A DNA stretch of 64,000 nt from Patescibacteria group bacterium (GTDB taxonomy: Bacteria > Patescibacteriota > Kazan-3B-28 > UBA10110), in the NCBI GenBank assembly GCA_041659905.1, contig JBAZXK010000001.1, forward strand, positions 122,670 to 186,669, read 5' to 3'. The position numbers were made by a program, and so were the translations under genes. Shown piece by piece: positions 25,398-35,200 of this stretch (positions within the stretch are counted from its first letter, which is position 1; each line of letters begins with the position of its first letter). A model generated the notes under the pieces. The model saw only the letters and a program-made list of their open reading frames with translations. It did no database searches and was not told the origin of the DNA.

Positions 25398-26789
25398 ATG
25401 GATAAATTAGTTCCTACAATTGGTCTGGAAATTCATGTGCAATTGGCGACTAAAAGCAAAATGTTTTGCCGGTGTGATAATAATGCGGAAGGCAAAGCCC
25501 CGAATACCGTGGTTTGTCCGGTGTGTATGGGGTTTCCGGGCACTCTGCCGGTAACCAATGTCGTGGCGGTGGAGTGGGGAGCGAAAGCGGCGCTCGCTTT
25601 GGGTTGCCAAATCAATGCTTTCCAACGCTTTGATCGTAAAAATTATTTCTATCCCGATTTGCCCAAGGGCTATCAAATCTCGCAATTTTTCTTCCCGGTA
25701 GGCGAGAATGGTAAAATTACTATTGATTATCTGCCGGAAACCGGCCAGGACAAGGCAGAATTTACTACGAGAATCAAACGCGTGCATTTAGAAGAAGATG
25801 CCGGCAAGTTAGTCCATGCCAAAGACAGCACCTTGGTTGATTTTAACCGCTGCGGCACGCCGCTTTTAGAAATCGTGACGGAGCCGGATATTCATAGTCC
25901 TAGGGAAGCCAAAGCCTTTATCCAGGAACTGCAAAGAATCGTGCGAGCGCTGGGAATCTCACAGGCGGATATGGAAAAAGGTCATTTGCGCGTAGATGCA
26001 AACATTTCCATGGCGCCAATTGGTAGTAAAACTTTAGGTACCCTGGTCGAATTAAAAAATATGAATTCTTTTCGTTTTGTTGAAAAAGCTCTCGACTATG
26101 AAGTGAACAGACAAACAGAAGTGATTCAAGGAGGCGGGAAAATCATTAAAGAAACGCGGGGATGGGACGAAAAGAATAACACCACTCTGGCCCAGCGCAG
26201 CAAGGAAGAATTCAACGATTATCGCTATTTCCCGGAACCGGATTTGCCTCCCATTGTGTTGATGGAGCTGGACATTAAAAAATGGCAGACTGAACTAGTT
26301 AATTTGCCGGCGGCTTTGCGCCAAGCGGCAGCAGAAAAAGGATTGTCCTATGGCAGGACAGTTGAATTGCAAGAAGCTGGCCAATTGGCGCGCTTGATCA
26401 ATTTATTACAAGTTGATGATATTAATTCCACACTAGCAGCTAATTGGATAGCCAAAACATGGACGGATGATAATCAACTGATCAATTTTTTGCAGACTAT
26501 CGAGCAACATAGTTTATCTACCGGTGAAGCCAATCAATTATACGGTTTAGCGAACAAATCCGGTCAACTTCCAGGAGAGTTAGTTGGTCAAATTGAAAAG
26601 ATTGATACCGCTACGATTGAAAAGGCGGTAGCTGAAGTGTTGGCGGTACACCCGGAGGCAGTGGTGGAATATAAAGCTGGAGAGAAAAAGGTAGTTGGGT
26701 TTTTGATGGGTCAAATTATGGCTCAATTACACGGAAAAGGTGACGCTGGGAGCATAAAATCTGTTTTAGAGGCTAAATTGACGGAATAG
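25398..26789 (+). CDS. gatB: Glu-tRNA(Gln)/Asp-tRNA(Asn) amidotransferase subunit B
   Basis: PTIGLEIHVQL, CPVCMGFPGTLP, and C-terminal GatB/YqeY domain. Confidence 0.93.
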   Translation: MDKLVPTIGLEIHVQLATKSKMFCRCDNNAEGKAPNTVVCPVCMGFPGTLPVTNVVAVEWGAKAALALGCQINAFQRFDRKNYFYPDLPKGYQISQFFFPVGENGKITIDYLPETGQDKAEFTTRIKRVHLEEDAGKLVHAKDSTLVDFNRCGTPLLEIVTEPDIHSPREAKAFIQELQRIVRALGISQADMEKGHLRVDANISMAPIGSKTLGTLVELKNMNSFRFVEKALDYEVNRQTEVIQGGGKIIKETRGWDEKNNTTLAQRSKEEFNDYRYFPEPDLPPIVLMELDIKKWQTELVNLPAALRQAAAEKGLSYGRTVELQEAGQLARLINLLQVDDINSTLAANWIAKTWTDDNQLINFLQTIEQHSLSTGEANQLYGLANKSGQLPGELVGQIEKIDTATIEKAVAEVLAVHPEAVVEYKAGEKKVVGFLMGQIMAQLHGKGDAGSIKSVLEAKLTE

Positions 26790-26835
26790 ATCATTTGTGG
26801 TATAATTAAAGGGAGTCAAAAAGGAGGGAACTTTA

Positions 26836-27240
26836 TTGGCTAATTTAGAAAAGATGGCTTCTGGAAACGAAAATCCTTACCATTCTCCGATCACTCCTGA
26901 ATTTTCTGGATCAAAAGAACCAGCGGGCAATAACGGGTTGGTTTCGGAATCACAAACAGAAATATCTCGACATGAAGCTGCCCCAATCGATATAGATGGA
27001 GAAAATGTTTTCCCGGAAGATGAAACGATCCAAGAGGGAATCCATTCAGATGACGCAGACGAACGGGAAATGGCCAAAACATTAGCCACCCGTTTTCATA
27101 AAAACAAAACCAGCCGGCTAGATTTAGATGTAGAACAATTATTTATATTGAGTGAAGCTGGTCTAATCGATATAACGCCACAGAAAATGACAGATTTGTT
27201 GACTAAACTAAAACATCAAGAAGAAGATCTGTTAAACTAA
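26836..27240 (+). CDS. acidic hypothetical protein
   Basis: ORF with AAGGAGGG SD. D/E-rich, with no recognizable motifs. Confidence 0.45.
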   Translation: MANLEKMASGNENPYHSPITPEFSGSKEPAGNNGLVSESQTEISRHEAAPIDIDGENVFPEDETIQEGIHSDDADEREMAKTLATRFHKNKTSRLDLDVEQLFILSEAGLIDITPQKMTDLLTKLKHQEEDLLN

Positions 27241-27265
27241 AAGTAGGGATTAACTAAAACAAAAA

Positions 27266-29713
27266 ATGCTCTGGGGAGTAGTTATCACCATTCTAATTTT
27301 AGCCGGACTTGCTGTAGGCGGGTATTTTTTATCGAAGAATCGTAAGCAAAGCTCTGTCCGCCAACAGGCAGCTGCCGCTCTGAAAAGAAAACTCTTTCGG
27401 ATTACTGTTCCCAAGGGCGATCCGGAAACAGACAAAGCCAAAGAACTCAAAGACCTGATCGCCCCAGTCGAGGTGTTATTGCGCAACTTGCATGCGATGC
27501 AAGAAACTTTGCGCGGCGAGTACCTTACCCTAGAAATATTAGCTACCCAAGGATTTATCTCATTCTATGCCAGCGTACCGGGCGCACTGGCATCGTTATT
27601 GGAGAGACAAATTACAGCTCAGTATTCTGAAGCCACAGTGGAAGAAGTGGACGATCCCAATATTTTCCCTAAACAATGCGCTACCGCCGCTGTGCAGCTA
27701 GCTTTGAAGAAAGACTTCGTTTTTCCTATTCGAACTTACAAAACTTTCGAGACTGATACGCTCAATGCGCTGACTAATGCTTTGAGTAAATTAAACGAGA
27801 GCGCCGAGGGGGCCGGAGTGCAGATTTTAGTTCGTCCGGTGGACGATAAATGGCAAAAGAAGGGACAATTTGTCGCTAGCCAAATGAAGGCAGGCAAATT
27901 TTCTGATGATTCGTTGGCTCAAGGCGTGCTGAAGGGGATTGGAGGATTGTTAGTGCCCGGGGCAAGTAAAACCAACGATAAATCCAAACCAGAAGAGCTT
28001 AAACCGCTGACATCGGCCCAAGAAAAAATTATTCAAACGATTGGCGAAAAAGCGGCTCAGCCAGGTTTTGAAGTAGTCATCCGGTTAGTCACAGCCGCAG
28101 CTACTCCCGAAAATGCCAAAATTAACTTAAATAATATCCTGAGTAGTTTTAGCCAATTTACTTCCGAGACCAACAGATTTACTATCGCCAAGTTGCCAGA
28201 AGAAAAAGTGATGACACAGTTTATTTTCCGGTTATTCAGTTTAGGTAAGCCGGATATTCTCAACACCGAGGAAGTGGCCTCACTCTGGCATTTGCCGACA
28301 GCCCGGCTAGAAACGCCAAATATCCGCTGGATGCGCGCCAAGAAACTACCGCCGCCCAGTAACTTACCAAAAGAGGGGATTACCTTAGGAAAAAGCGTCT
28401 ATCGGGGAGTAGAAGCGATCATTAAAATGGAAGATGATGATCGGCGCCGGCATATCTATTGCATTGGTAAAACCGGGACGGGGAAAACTACTTGGATGCA
28501 GAATTTAGCTTACCAAGATATTATGGCCGGCAAGGGCGTCTGTGTCGTAGATCCGCATGGCGATATGGCTGATTGGTTGCTGGCGCGTATTCCGAAAGAA
28601 CGTGTGGATGACGTGATCTTGTTTTATCCTCCTGATCTTGATCGTCCCATGGGACTCAATATGTTAGAAGCCAAAACTTCTGCGCAAAAACAGGAAGTCG
28701 TTGCCCAATTGATTGCTATTTTCTATAAATTATTCGATCCTACTGGCAGCAATCAAATCATCGGCCCGATGTTCGAGCATTACATGCGTAATGCCATGCT
28801 CGCTCTCTTGGCGGATGACGAAAACGGAACTACTCTCGTAGAAATCCCGCGCATGTTCACAGACACCGAATTTCGCAATCAAAAGCTGGCTAAAGTGACA
28901 GATCCGGTGGTTAAACAATTCTGGTTGCAAGAATATGCCCAATCGCAACGCGGTCAGCAGTCGGCGGATATGTTGAGCTATGTGGTTAGCAAAATCGGCC
29001 GGTTTATCAGTAACGATATGATGCGGAATATTGTCGGGCAGACTAAGTCGGCCTTTGATCTGCGCGATATTATGGATAATAAGAAAATTCTGCTAATCAA
29101 TTTGGCCAAAGGCCTGACGGGAGATATCAACAGCAACCTGCTCGGATTTATTTTGGTGTCTAAGATTCAGATGGCCGCTTTATCACGGGCAGATATTCCG
29201 GAAAGTGAGCGCCAAGATTTTTATTTGTATATTGATGAGTTCCAAAATGTAACCACGGATTCAATTTCCATTATCTTATCAGAAGCCCGCAAATATCATT
29301 TAAATTTAATCGTCGCGCATCAGTTTGTGGCACAGTTGGATGAAAAGATCCGTGAGGCGGTTTTGGGAAATGTGGGGACTATGGTAAGCTTTACTATTGG
29401 CGCTACGGATGTGGAGGTGGTCGGCAAGCAATTTGCCCCGGAAGTGAGCGCCAATGACCTGATTAACATCGAAAATCGCAACGCCTATATTAAATTATTG
29501 ATTGATGGGGCAGTCAGCAAGCCATTTAACTTAACTGCGCTGCCGCCGATGGGGGAGGCCAGACCAAAAGTGGCGCAAGCCCTGAAGAATTTGTCCCGCT
29601 TGAAATATGGCCGGGATCGGAGAATAGTAGAGACAGAAATTATCCGGCGTAATCAGCTTCCGCCCAAATCAGCTAATCCACCTAAAACAGGGGATAAACC
29701 TACTTCTGTCTAA
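27266..29713 (+). CDS. membrane-anchored VirD4/TraG/TrwB-like ATPase, paralog 2
   Basis: N-terminal TM; Walker A CIGKTGTGKT, DPHGD, LYIDEFQNV. Same architecture as the CDS at 16088-18979. Confidence 0.7.
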   Translation: MLWGVVITILILAGLAVGGYFLSKNRKQSSVRQQAAAALKRKLFRITVPKGDPETDKAKELKDLIAPVEVLLRNLHAMQETLRGEYLTLEILATQGFISFYASVPGALASLLERQITAQYSEATVEEVDDPNIFPKQCATAAVQLALKKDFVFPIRTYKTFETDTLNALTNALSKLNESAEGAGVQILVRPVDDKWQKKGQFVASQMKAGKFSDDSLAQGVLKGIGGLLVPGASKTNDKSKPEELKPLTSAQEKIIQTIGEKAAQPGFEVVIRLVTAAATPENAKINLNNILSSFSQFTSETNRFTIAKLPEEKVMTQFIFRLFSLGKPDILNTEEVASLWHLPTARLETPNIRWMRAKKLPPPSNLPKEGITLGKSVYRGVEAIIKMEDDDRRRHIYCIGKTGTGKTTWMQNLAYQDIMAGKGVCVVDPHGDMADWLLARIPKERVDDVILFYPPDLDRPMGLNMLEAKTSAQKQEVVAQLIAIFYKLFDPTGSNQIIGPMFEHYMRNAMLALLADDENGTTLVEIPRMFTDTEFRNQKLAKVTDPVVKQFWLQEYAQSQRGQQSADMLSYVVSKIGRFISNDMMRNIVGQTKSAFDLRDIMDNKKILLINLAKGLTGDINSNLLGFILVSKIQMAALSRADIPESERQDFYLYIDEFQNVTTDSISIILSEARKYHLNLIVAHQFVAQLDEKIREAVLGNVGTMVSFTIGATDVEVVGKQFAPEVSANDLINIENRNAYIKLLIDGAVSKPFNLTALPPMGEARPKVAQALKNLSRLKYGRDRRIVETEIIRRNQLPPKSANPPKTGDKPTSV

Positions 29714-29790
29714 GTAAAAATATTGCCAAAAATCACCTAAGGGTGTATAATTATATAGTCTGAGAGCATAAAAATAAACATTTTAAAGAT

Positions 29791-30324
29791 ATGACTGCCA
29801 ACAAACAGCTCGAAAAACTGAGGGGACTCGTAGAAACAGCTTCGGCTAATATTGCCGCCGCAAAACAGATTTTAGCAGATTTATTAGGAACTTCGGTTTC
29901 GGAATTGGATTATCAAAATAAGGCTGGCGGTTTGAATACGGACGGCAAAGTGATCGAGGGCGTCTTTGACGGCCAGTATATGATCGATAAAGAAGGCAAG
30001 AAGTACCCAGTGCCGGCTAACTATGCTAGCAAGTCTAAATTAGTGGCTGGAGACGTGCTGAAGCTAACTATTGCAGACGATGGTTCGTTTATTTATAAAC
30101 AAATCGGGCCAATAGCCCGCAAGAAGATTATCGGCACTTTACTGCATGAAAATGATGAATACAAAGTGGTCGCGGGCGGAAAATCGTACAAGGTGCTCTT
30201 AGCTTCGGTCACTTACTTTAAATTGAATCCGGGAGATGAATTAACGATTTTAGTGCCCGAAAAAGATGATACAGAATGGGCGGCGATCGAAAGTGCCATT
30301 ATCGAACCGACTAAAACCGCCTAA
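29791..30324 (+). CDS. hypothetical protein
   Basis: 177-aa ORF downstream of VirD4-like paralog 2; followed by a structured noncoding region. Confidence 0.45.
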   Translation: MTANKQLEKLRGLVETASANIAAAKQILADLLGTSVSELDYQNKAGGLNTDGKVIEGVFDGQYMIDKEGKKYPVPANYASKSKLVAGDVLKLTIADDGSFIYKQIGPIARKKIIGTLLHENDEYKVVAGGKSYKVLLASVTYFKLNPGDELTILVPEKDDTEWAAIESAIIEPTKTA

Positions 30325-30623
30325 GCCCGTAATAGATATCAAATAGACCTAATGTCGCACAAGATACATTGTGCGACATGTTAGATTCATTCCCCCTTTC
30401 TTTATTTTGGGTAAGTAGATTATGATGTGATTGAATAAATCGATGGGACTTAGCAGCCTGATCGGAATAGCGAAATCCGATCAGGCGCGCCCTTCGCCCT
30501 TGAACCTTGTACGCGGTTTGGCAGTACAAATAAAAACTTAGCCTCGGTAGGGAGAAGGGAGGCCCTGTATCCCCCCTTACTCCCTCCGAGGTGCCCCTAA
30601 CTAAACAAAGCCACCCCCACCCA

Positions 30624-30665
30624 AATAATGGGGCCCTGTCGCATCCTTTGCGACAGGGTGTTTTT
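30624..30665 (+). terminator. rho-independent terminator ending a structured GC-rich noncoding region
   Basis: ggggccctgtcgcatcctttgcgacagggtgttttt. Confidence 0.6.
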
Positions 30666-30734
30666 AAAATCAAAACTTGACGGTATACATCATGTATATT
30701 ACTGTTAAAAAATTTTAGATAACCGGAAAACGGA

Positions 30735-31502
30735 TTACCAATTAAAGTCAGGTTGTTCTAAAGGATTTTGGTTGTCGGTATAAAATTGGTTGGCGGGAGC
30801 CGCCGGAATAATCACATTCCCCCATTCCGTGTCAAAAAGTGGAACGGGATTTATGGCAGTGCGACTATCCTGCTTCGACTCGGAAGCGAGGCGAGCTTTT
30901 TTAATTAAATCTACTTGAAAATGCAAATGCGGATTGACTGTACCAGTTTTGCCTAAATGGCCGAGTAGATCCCCTACTTTAACCTGTTGGTTTTTCTTCA
31001 CGGAAATATTTTGCAGATGACCGTAAGTAATCTGGTAACCATCACCAGAATCGATAATTACAGTATTTCCAATTTTTTTACCGGCGAAAATGACTTTTCC
31101 GGTAGAAGCAGAAACCACTTCTATCCCCTCTCTCCCGGCAAAATCAATCCCATTATGGCGGTCGCCCCATTCGGGATATTTCACATTGTAAGGCTGTTTA
31201 ATGGCCTCTAACGCCCCGAACCAGCCATAAACGAACCAAGTATCGGTTTCGGGATTTCCAGCTACAAATTGGCTATTCTGAATGCCGAATTTAATTTCGC
31301 TTATGCCTGCAGTCCAAACTATTCCAGGGGTCTGATCATCTACACTACTCCAACGAGAAGCTGTGTTAAAAGGCAAGGATAGTTCCAGTAGAGGTAATTC
31401 TGTTATTGCATTAATTTGGCTGGCCTGGGAAGGTAAAACAAAATTGGGCCAGAAAACTATGCCCAAAGCTAGCCAAAATGTAACTAACAGCCGTTTATTC
31501 AT
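30735..31502 (-). CDS. M23 family (LytM-type) metallopeptidase, secreted
   Basis: Signal peptide; HNGIDFAG (HxxxD) and HLHFQV (HxH) motifs. Confidence 0.85.
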   Translation of the reverse strand: MNKRLLVTFWLALGIVFWPNFVLPSQASQINAITELPLLELSLPFNTASRWSSVDDQTPGIVWTAGISEIKFGIQNSQFVAGNPETDTWFVYGWFGALEAIKQPYNVKYPEWGDRHNGIDFAGREGIEVVSASTGKVIFAGKKIGNTVIIDSGDGYQITYGHLQNISVKKNQQVKVGDLLGHLGKTGTVNPHLHFQVDLIKKARLASESKQDSRTAINPVPLFDTEWGNVIIPAAPANQFYTDNQNPLEQPDFNW

Positions 31503-31520
31503 AAGAAGCTACCTTATCAG

Positions 31521-31539
31521 AAAACCAGCTCCCAGTCAA
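31521..31539 (-). promoter_or_regulatory. conserved promoter module TTGACT-GGGAGCnGGTTTT (copy 1 of 3) upstream of the M23 peptidase
   Basis: Minus strand reads TTGACTGGGAGCTGGTTTT. The same 18-19-mer lies upstream of the two paralogs at 47561-47578 and 48575-48592. Confidence 0.55.
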
Positions 31540-31627
31540 TGAAAATATTGATATTTCCGCCAAATTGTTTTATTATCTGTTTATCACTGATTCTTGACAG
31601 CAAAATTTTTTGAAGGAGTGTGACGAA

Positions 31628-31780
31628 ATGTTCACGCAAAATAATCCTGACCAATTCGAACCTGGCAGGCCAAAAGGTCACAAAAACTTGTCACCCTGCC
31701 GCTCGTCCGGCTGTATGACCGATATTCTTGGGATATTTGTGCTTTTACTGCTAATACTAGCAGCGATACTGCTGGGATGA
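31628..31780 (+). CDS. small protein (50 aa) with C-terminal TM helix; first of a three-gene small-protein operon
   Basis: AAGGAG SD 8 nt upstream. Translation: MFTQNNPDQFEPGRPKGHKNLSPCRSSGCMTDILGIFVLLLLILAAILLG. Not in the supplied ORF track because it is under 60 aa. Confidence 0.5.
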   Translation: MFTQNNPDQFEPGRPKGHKNLSPCRSSGCMTDILGIFVLLLLILAAILLG

Positions 31781-31794
31781 AAAGGAGACGGTGA

Positions 31795-31995
31795 ATGGAC
31801 ATTGTTCATATTGGTATTATTGCCGCGATGGCGATCGTGATCATCTGGGGGTTCGGTTGGTATTTGCTTATAAAAGCAAAACAGCGGAAATCAATCAAGG
31901 ACGCCAACGCGAGGCAGTGCAAATACAAAATCAACCCCGAACCTGGAGCCAAGCCTCCCGAACCTTTTCCTAAACAAATCCGCCAGAAGGAGTGA
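31795..31995 (+). CDS. small membrane protein (66 aa, N-terminal TM)
   Basis: AAAGGAGA SD; hydrophobic N-terminus HIGIIAAMAIVIIWGFGWYLLI followed by a basic tail. Confidence 0.5.
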   Translation: MDIVHIGIIAAMAIVIIWGFGWYLLIKAKQRKSIKDANARQCKYKINPEPGAKPPEPFPKQIRQKE

Positions 31996-32002
31996 TGATT
32001 TT

Positions 32003-32239
32003 ATGTCGCAAGATCAAAACGCGAATGCGACCAAAAAACAACACATTGAGGTTTTTCATGGTGACCATGTGGAAAGCGAAGCCAATCACTGGATAAAAAA
32101 TAATCCACAATGGTTTGCTAAGGATATTAGCCTGAGCCATACAGTTAGCTCCACCATGGAGACGACAGACTTGAACGTTCCCTATACTGTAGTAGAATCT
32201 AGTCCCGTATTGGCTATTCTATTTGAGTCTGTCGAATAG
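32003..32239 (+). CDS. small soluble hypothetical protein (78 aa)
   Basis: AAGGAG SD; followed by the terminator at 32274-32299. Confidence 0.5.
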   Translation: MSQDQNANATKKQHIEVFHGDHVESEANHWIKNNPQWFAKDISLSHTVSSTMETTDLNVPYTVVESSPVLAILFESVE

Positions 32240-32273
32240 AAAGCAATGTCCCAAAAACGCTTATTTTCTTTCC

Positions 32274-32299
32274 AGGCCCACACTATGTGGGCTTTTTAT
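32274..32299 (+). terminator. rho-independent terminator
   Basis: ggcccacactatgtgggc followed by tttttatttt. Confidence 0.65.
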
Positions 32300-35200
32300 T
32301 TTAACAACTGAATAACTTTTTTTAAGGAAGATAACCAGTGTTCGCCTAAAGCCGATAAAGGAATTTTGATAGTTTTTTCGGTTATTTTCCCATTCAAATT
32401 ACTAATAGCGTTCAGAATGTTGCTGTCTTTCACTACCGTATTTAAAATGACACTGATAATCTGTTCGGGGGTTCGTCTAATCCCCGCTTCGTTGCGCGAT
32501 AACATCGAGACAACTTTTTGGGTTTCTAATGCCGTGATTTTCAAATCGATCAATTCGAACAGATTCAACACTTCTTTTGGCAGTTTGCCGAATTTGACTT
32601 CTAACTCTGCGGCGGCGTCTTTTAATTCGTTGATCGTTTCGACTAAAGCCAATTGTTGATAGGTTTTGATCCGCTGAGCCTCATTGTCGATATAGGTAGC
32701 CGGGAGATAGGCCGAAATGGGCAAATCTACTGTGATGGTATCTACTCGCGGTTTGTAGCCGGTTTTTAATTCTTCAATCGCTCGGTTAAGGAGTTTAGTG
32801 TACATCGTTAACCCAATGGCGCTGATATGGCCATGCTGTTTTTTCGACAGCACTCCGCCAGCTCCCCGGATCTGCAAATCCCGGAGGGCTATCTGATACC
32901 CGCTCCCTAGTTCTGTGTGTCCTGCAATGGTTCTAAGCCGTTCCAGGGCCTTTCCGGCCAGCTTCCCGGGATGGTAATAGAAATAGGCGTGAGCCTGAAC
33001 TTTACCGCGCCCGATCCGGCCGCGCAGCTGGTGCAATTGAGATAGGCCGAAATGGCTAGAATTATCTACGATCAATGTATTTACATTCGGATTATCTAGC
33101 CCGTTTTCGATAATAGTGCTGGCCACTAAAACATCATATTTGCCGGCGCTAAAATCTTCCATAATTTTTGCGAGTAGGCGTTCCGGCATTTGTCCATGGG
33201 CATATACAAACCGCACTTCCGGCAAAACTTCCTCAAGTTTATTAGTCATTGAGGCGATGGTTGCCACGCGGTTATGCACAAAATAAATCTGTCCGCCGCG
33301 TTTAATTTCCTGTAAAACCGCATCCTTCACCGCATCCATATCAAAAGGCGCCACCGTAGTTTGAATAGGCAGGCGATTAACCGGCGGAGTGTCGATCGTA
33401 CTAATATCGCGGATGCCGGATAGGGCCAAGTTAAGCGTGCGCGGAATCGGGGTAGCCGTCATACTTAAAACATCCACTTCCGCTCGCATCATTTTTAACT
33501 TTTCTTTATGGCGGACACCAAAGCGCTGTTCCTCGTCGACAATAATCAATCCTAGGTTGGCAAATTTAACATCTTTTGAAAGCAACCGATGGGTGCCGAT
33601 CACAATATCGATTTCGCGAGTCTTTAATCCTACTAAGACGCGTTTTTGTTCAGTTTGTGAGCGGAAACGGCTCAGCGCAGCAATGTTAACGCCAAAAGGC
33701 GCTAATCGTTCCGTAAATGTTTTTAAATGCTGTTCTACTAAAATGGTAGTAGGAGCCAAGAAGGCCACTTGGAATCCGGAAGTAACTGCTTTAAAGGCGG
33801 CCCGGATAGCTACTTCCGTTTTACCAAAGCCCACATCGGCTACCAGTAACCGGTCCATCGGTTTAGACTGTTCCATATCACCCAAAATTTCTTGGATAAC
33901 TTGTTCTTGGTCGGGGGTTTCTTGATAAGAAAAAGAATCGGATAAAGCCTTTTCCCAAAACTCCGGACTGTCGAAAGAAATCCCCTCTTTCAGCGCCCGT
34001 TTGGCGTACAAATCTAGTAGTTCTTTCGCAAACTCTTGGGATTCTTTGCGGATCTGGCTGACTAAGCGTTTCCAACTTTGCGAATTCAGTTTGGATAAAG
34101 TCGGTTTTTCGCCGGCCGGTGAAATATACTTACTGATCTTATCGATCTGATCCATCGGGGCATAGATTTTATCTGCCCCCGCATATTTAATGATTAAATA
34201 TTCTCGGGCGACGCCGTTTACCGTCATTGTCGAGATATCAATGAGCTTACCGATACCATAATCGACATGCACTACGTAATCGCCTTTTTCAATTTGGGCT
34301 AAAAAGGCCAGCTGTCGTTTTTTTGGTGTCGGTTTGGTAGTAGCAGATTTTTCCACAATCGGAGAAAAAATTTCTTTATCAGTCAATAAGATAGTTTTTA
34401 AAGACGGACTCATAAATCCGTCGACATGCAAAGCCGGGGTGATGATTACCGACTGATCAGAAATTTCGCGATCAAATTTAATATCATTATCAGTTAGGGC
34501 GGGTAAGATCTGAGCTTCTTTGTTGGTGGTAAGAATAATTTGCCAACCCTCGTCGGTATATTTAGTTACCTCATGAATTAGTCGGTTTAAATCATTGGCG
34601 AATAAGGGGGCTTCAGTTAGATCAAACCGGACTGAGTTTTTTTCGTCAGCGGCTATATTAACAAGATGCCAGGCCGCCAAACCCTCGAGTTGTTTACTGA
34701 TAGTGGTTAAAATACCGTTGTCGCGTTGACTGTCATTGCTTTGGTAAAGCTCATATAATAATTGGAATAACTCGTCAGCTTGATCGAAAACTAAAATATA
34801 ATCTGTCGAATGAGCTTCGATCACATCCAGTAAATAATTGCTCATCTTTTCATTTTTCAATGAGGATACGGTAATTTCGGTGCGGGCCGATCCAGTTTTG
34901 TTATTTACTGGGTCAAAATCGACGATACTGGTGATAGTATCTCCGGAAAATTCTAAGCGCACCGGGGAAGCAAAGTTAACCGGATAAATATCTAAAATTC
35001 CACCCCGCATGGCAATTTCTCCCGCCTGAAAAACTTTTTGCTGGCGATCGTAACCGGCAGCAATGAGGGCAGCTAGGATTTCTTCTGGGTTTTTATTTTG
35101 ATTAATTTCGAGAGTGAGAATCTGTGCCGGATTAGTCAGAGGTTCGATCAGCGCCTGCACGGAGAAGATGAACAAACCGGGTTCGCCATTTTTTAAGGCA

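Noticed and set aside
30311-30673. 120-aa minus-strand ORF in the track
   Set aside because: It lies entirely within the GC-rich hairpin/terminator region, has no SD, and its reading frame is a by-product of palindromes.
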